Source: Azolla caroliniana (taxonomy: Eukaryota; Plantae; Polypodiophyta). Taken from it: a DNA stretch of 13,275 bases. The notes under the pieces are model-generated. The model saw only the letters and a program-made list of their open reading frames with translations. It was not told the DNA's origin and ran no database searches. Of this stretch, positions 9,250 to 13,275 are shown one piece after another (the first letter of the stretch is position 1; each line of letters starts with the position of its first letter). The stretch is taken from the NCBI GenBank assembly GCA_043228905.1, contig JBHGNT010000970.1, positions 1 to 13,275 on the forward strand, in the 5' to 3' direction. The position numbers were made by a program, and so were the translations under genes.

Positions 9250-9365
9250 GGATCTTTGAGGTGTGTGGGTTTCACTTCAAGTGTCAGCCTCCATTGGTGG
9301 GATCTTTCGGAGTGCTCGTAGTGTGCTTCATACGGACCAACGAAATGCCGATGTGATTGTGACAT
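9250..9365 (+). ncRNA. Candidate degenerate HDV-like self-cleaving ribozyme in the LINE 5' UTR
   Basis: Hand-folded nested P1/P2/P3/P4 pairings occur in HDV order (see findings), but P1.1 and the catalytic C are not intact. Confidence 0.4.
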
Positions 9366-9429
9366 ACACACAAACTCGGCTAAGTCTCACACCTATTTAT
9401 TTTATCTTTTTCTTGTTGACACCACAATT

Positions 9430-10202
9430 ACGTCTAAACGAGCTAAGGAACATAAGGATATACATGACGAGGCTATAAGTAAAGAAGACTTTTTAGATAT
9501 GTTTAACCGTTTAACAAAAATAGAGTTGGATATGAAAAAATGGGCGAAAGACGCCGAAACCCACAAGAAAAAAGATAGAGAGGAAAAAGATGCCCTCAAG
9601 GCCGAAATAGAAAAACTTAAAGTGGAAAACACCAACCTTAAAAAACTAATTAATGACATCAAGGTATCTTGAGAGGACGATGAAATATCCTCCATAGAAG
9701 ATATAAAGCACGAGATTAAAAAAGTTAAAGAGGAAGTTAAAAATAACACGGGTTGGGTAGACTTGGTTAAAAGAAACATTAAAAAAGAAATAAAAGATGA
9801 AAATATTGTTGATACCACCCTTGAAGAAGAGAAAATGCGCCAGGCCCGACACTTAAATGTATGTGTCCCTGAACTCAAGGAAGGTGCATCCCCAGATGAG
9901 GATGCATAAACACAGAGACCTTTCCTATCACCAAAGCTTGGAGGGCCAGACATGACACAACTAGGAAGAGAGCCTTAGTCCTTCAATTTAAAGACTTAGA
10001 CTCTAGAATCACTTTCTTTAAGAAGAGACCAATTCTTCGAGGATTGGGTGGGGACCTTATCTATCTCGATGAAGACTTCACTAAGATGCAAATTGAGCAT
10101 TGCAAGAGTTGTATGCCATGAGTTATGCAAGCTCGTAAAGAAAGGCATTGTGCCTTTTATCAAGACGGGCGAGTGATCATAAATGATCGCACTACTAATT
10201 GA
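9430..10202 (+). pseudogene. LINE ORF1 remnant (coiled coil plus L1-ORF1-like RRM/CTD region)
   Basis: K/E-rich heptad stretch (KDREEKDALKAEIEKLKVENTNLKKLINDIK), EEEKMRQARHLNVCVPEL, and IYLDEDFTKMQ...AFYQDGRVIINDRTTN* ending at TGA 10200-10202. It has internal stops (e.g. 9670-9672, 9907-9909) and a frameshift, and its start is approximate. Confidence 0.7.
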
Positions 10203-10238
10203 CGGTGTGTGGCCCATGTGACAAAAAATACACTTAGG

Positions 10239-11145
10239 ATGACCTTGTGGAATTGTAACGACGCACTCTAGACACACCTTGGTCGCCTAGAGGAGATATT
10301 AAAGGTATCAAATATACTTTTATTGGTAGAAACACACCAAAACCCAAATAGGGGACTCCCACGAGTTGAAGGATTTCATTGGGAGTTCGCTTTTAGACAA
10401 ACCTCACGTCGACACACTACCAGGGGATTTGGAGGTGTTGCGATATTGTTTTGGAGACAGCTACATAATAGGATAGAAATATTGAGGATAGACCTAGAAG
10501 CTCGTTTTATGTGGGTAAAAGTTTCCACAAGCAAGGACCAGGCAATATTTATCGTCATTTGTTACTTTCCCCCAAAAGGATCTCGTTGTAATATTGTTGG
10601 CTTGGCGAGATTAGTTGATGAAAGAATGCCACATGGGCCTTCCCCATATGAGCCTCTATTGGATGACATAATCCAATATTCTTCCCAAGGAGAAGTATTC
10701 CTTGTAGGAGACTTCAATGCGAGAACCCAATCCTGACAATGCACAATATTTCAGATGAATAAAAACCTAGAAATGGTAAATGTCGACCCTTTAGATATAG
10801 GCACCACACGTAGATTAAAGGATCAAGGTGCAGACGCCACGAGCTTTAGCCATCATCTGCTCGAGCTTGGAAGTTGGCACCAGATGGTCATATATAATGG
10901 TTTAGCCAAGTGGCCAGGTTCAAAAGAGCTTTGAAGGGGAAAGCACAATTGATTATCTAATAGGACGCCCTGAACCTACCCACATGATTAACTCCTTCCG
11001 GGTGGCCCCATGCCCTATTGGCGCAGACCATAGTTTCTTATACTTCGAGTAAAATGCGATATCTCTAACGTCACCAACTCTAGTTAACCACGCCATCACA
11101 CCACAATACATTTCACAGATGAGCTCTCTGACATCTACTCTCGAC
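10239..11145 (+). pseudogene. LINE ORF2 remnant, apurinic-like endonuclease (APE/EEP) domain
   Basis: Motifs TLWNCN, LLLVETH, GGVAILF, ICYFPP, FLVGDFNART, STIDYLIG and GADH, with in-frame stops (10269-10271, 10734-10736) and frameshifts. Confidence 0.88.
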
Positions 11146-11801
11146 TAGCAATGGGCCCGGTTTCGGCTCAAATCGAACTGAACTAAAGCCACGGTTTATA
11201 GGTTCAAAGATAAATAAATGGTTTGGTTTGGTTTCAAATGTTACTAATCGGTTTTGGTTTGGTTTTGAATTAATCGGTTTATCAGTTTATTGACCTATCG
11301 GTTTTTGTTTATGTGGTTCGGTTTAAAGGTTTATAGGTTAAAAAATACTCAAAAATATTATCTATAGGCTCTAACTTTTAACTTTTAATTTTAAACTTAT
11401 TAAATTTTATATGTATTATATGTAGAGTATCCTTTTCATTTATGATGATCAAATTTATGATAAGTATAATGATCAAATTTATGATTAGTATGATGACCAA
11501 TTTTATGATAAGTATGATGACAAAATTTATGATGACTATGATAAATAAATTTATGATAATTTTCTCACACAAATTTATAATAAGTATGATGATTAATATC
11601 AATAAAAAAATGGTTTGGTTTGGTTTTAAATTTTTCGTAAACGGTTTGGTTTCTCATATTCTTTAAACAGTTTGGTGTAAATGGCTTCATAAATTTTAAA
11701 ACAATTTGGTTTGGTTTTTATTATTAATAAATGGTTTGGTTTGGTTTGGTTTCAAGGCAAAGAAATCTAGCCGAACCAAAACCGAACCGGGCCCATTGCT
11801 A
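11146..11801. mobile_element. Non-autonomous hAT-type DNA transposon (MITE), 656 bp, nested in LINE ORF2
   Basis: Perfect 17-bp TIR TAGCAATGGGCCCGGTT and perfect 8-bp TSD CTCTCGAC (11138-11145 / 11802-11809). GGTTT/AAACC subterminal motifs and an AT-rich core. Confidence 0.95.
11438..11600. repeat. ~24-bp AT-rich tandem repeat inside the MITE
   Basis: Consensus AAATTTATGATAAGTATGATGATC, about 6 degenerate copies. Confidence 0.85.
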
Positions 11802-13275
11802 CTCTCGACATGTTCAGGCCCGTCTCTCCTCCCTTGATCCCTCCCGCCCTACCTACAAAACTCACACACATCCTTAACTCCGCAGCAGTTAGCAGTTTCC
11901 CATATACAAAACACTCAAATCAAGGTAGATCAAGAACTATGCCACAAAATAAATGGTAGGGACTTACATAGACAACTTATAGTATCGCAACTCAGTGGTA
12001 ATATTACCTCAATACAAGCTCACAAAGAAATGCGCAAGATGACACGTTGTAAGAGACGAGCATGGGAGGCATCCCAATATTGGGAACTCTACCATATGCT
12101 CATGAGTAGTGATTGGGCCACCGCATGGAAGAGACTACAGGAGCCAAGACCACAAACACCCATCGAAGATCCCGAGACCTGGCACACATACAGAGAGACT
12201 TTACCAAATCCCAAACCAGCCACCCAATCCAATGCCTTGTACACCCCGACCTACCACGGGGACACTTTTCACGACCTCTAGGGTTGCGAAGGTCATAAAG
12301 AAATTACAACATAGGAAGTCCATGGACCACACAAGATTGCGAGCAGAACACATTATATATGCGAGAGAGTGCCTAGCTCCATTGTTAACTCTAATCTTCA
12401 ATCGTGCCCTCATGGAGGGTTTTCCACCACAATGGACTATGAACACAGTGCTCCCCATACATAAAGGGGGGGACCCCATGGACCCAAATACATTATGGTA
12501 TTATGATAGGTCATACCCTTGCTAAATTATATGGTGCAGTAATCAAAGCAGAACTTAGCGATTATATGGAGACTCTAAATCTTCGTGCACCTGAACAAGC
12601 TGGCTTTAAAGGAGCTTTCTCCACTATTGATTATATCGTCACGCTTAGATGTTTAATTGACCAAACTAAGGCTTGCAAGAAGAAATTATATTGTTGTTTT
12701 GTGGACTTCTGCAAAGCCTTTGATATTGTCCCTAGAGAGTGGTTGTTTGATAGGCTTAAAAGCTTGAGGATACCATATGACATGGTTTGGGCCATCTACG
12801 CACTATATGAACAAGTGTCCGGGTGTGTCCGATGCCCAGGTGGCCTATCCAATTGTTTCACTAGCACTATTGGTGTAAAACAAGGTTGCCCCCTATCACC
12901 GACCCTTTTTGGGATCTATATCGATGAGATCACAAATTAGTCCTTGGGGATATGCAATTCGTATCTTGCTCTATACAGATGACATAGTTTTGGTCTCTGA
13001 ATCCGAACACGACCTACAAAAGCACCTTAATGCCTTAGATGACTTTTGTGCACAACGAGGATTGGTAGTGAATCTAAGGAAAACTAAAGTCCTTATCTTC
13101 CACACATCAGCCCAAGCTAGAGCTAAGTGTCACCTAACTATCTCCCATAGCCCAGTTGAGGTGGTTGGATGATATGTTTATCTCGAAGTCACTTTCAGTG
13201 CCCACTTAGGTAAATTTTCGATGACACAGGCAGCGAAGGATAGACTTCGAGAGGACATGCATCCCTCTCACTCCT
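11802..13275 (+). pseudogene. LINE ORF2 remnant, linker plus reverse transcriptase domain
   Basis: Motifs PIHKGGDPMDPN, EQAGFK, CCFVDFCKAFD, GVKQGCPLSPTLF, LLYTDDIVL and GLVVNLRKTKV are spread across several frames (ORF-track pieces 12109-12525, 12503-12940, 12909-13172). Confidence 0.93.

Larger units (their letters stand above)
9250..13275 (+). mobile_element. Decayed non-LTR retrotransposon (LINE; two ORFs, APE endonuclease plus RT; RTE/RTE-X-like), continuing beyond the window
   Basis: Remnants of ORF1 and ORF2 with many stops and frameshifts. The 5' boundary is inferred from the candidate ribozyme cleavage site. The clade assignment is by motif impression only. Confidence 0.88.

Noticed and set aside
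9330-9360. Hammerhead ribozyme (CGAAA present)
   Set aside because: There is no CUGANGA core nearby, and the HDV-like topology fits better.
9402-10277. Minus-strand ORFs 9402-9953, 9646-9852 and 9996-10277
   Set aside because: They are antisense shadows of the A-rich LINE ORF1.
11378-11666. Ile/Met-rich ORFs
   Set aside because: They are translations of the 24-bp tandem repeat within the MITE.

Overview
Eukaryotic nuclear DNA from a land plant. The repeat landscape looks non-angiosperm, possibly fern-like, but that is only an inference. From left to right: (1) the 5' end of a minus-strand gene running off the window, with a Ser-rich organellar transit-peptide-like N-terminus (ATG 244); (2) a complete 4-exon minus-strand gene for a ~298-aa chloroplast RNA-binding protein of the cpRNP CP29/CP31 family with two RRMs, join(5403..4990, 4243..4112, 3775..3494, 2900..2832); (3) directly upstream of it, an 8-copy 56-60 bp minisatellite carrying 17 telo-boxes, then a cluster of five TTTGTCCGGACAAA palindromes; (4) two related non-autonomous hAT-type MITEs with TIRs and 8-bp TSDs (6448-7081 and 11146-11801); (5) a decayed plus-strand two-ORF non-LTR retrotransposon (ORF1 plus APE-RT, RTE/RTE-X-like) from ~9250 to the window end, interrupted by the second MITE. 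The most notable observations are a candidate degenerate HDV-like self-cleaving ribozyme at the LINE 5' end (9250-9365), the telo-box promoter array, and an apparently shifted splice donor that adds 10 aa to RRM1 of the cpRNP.
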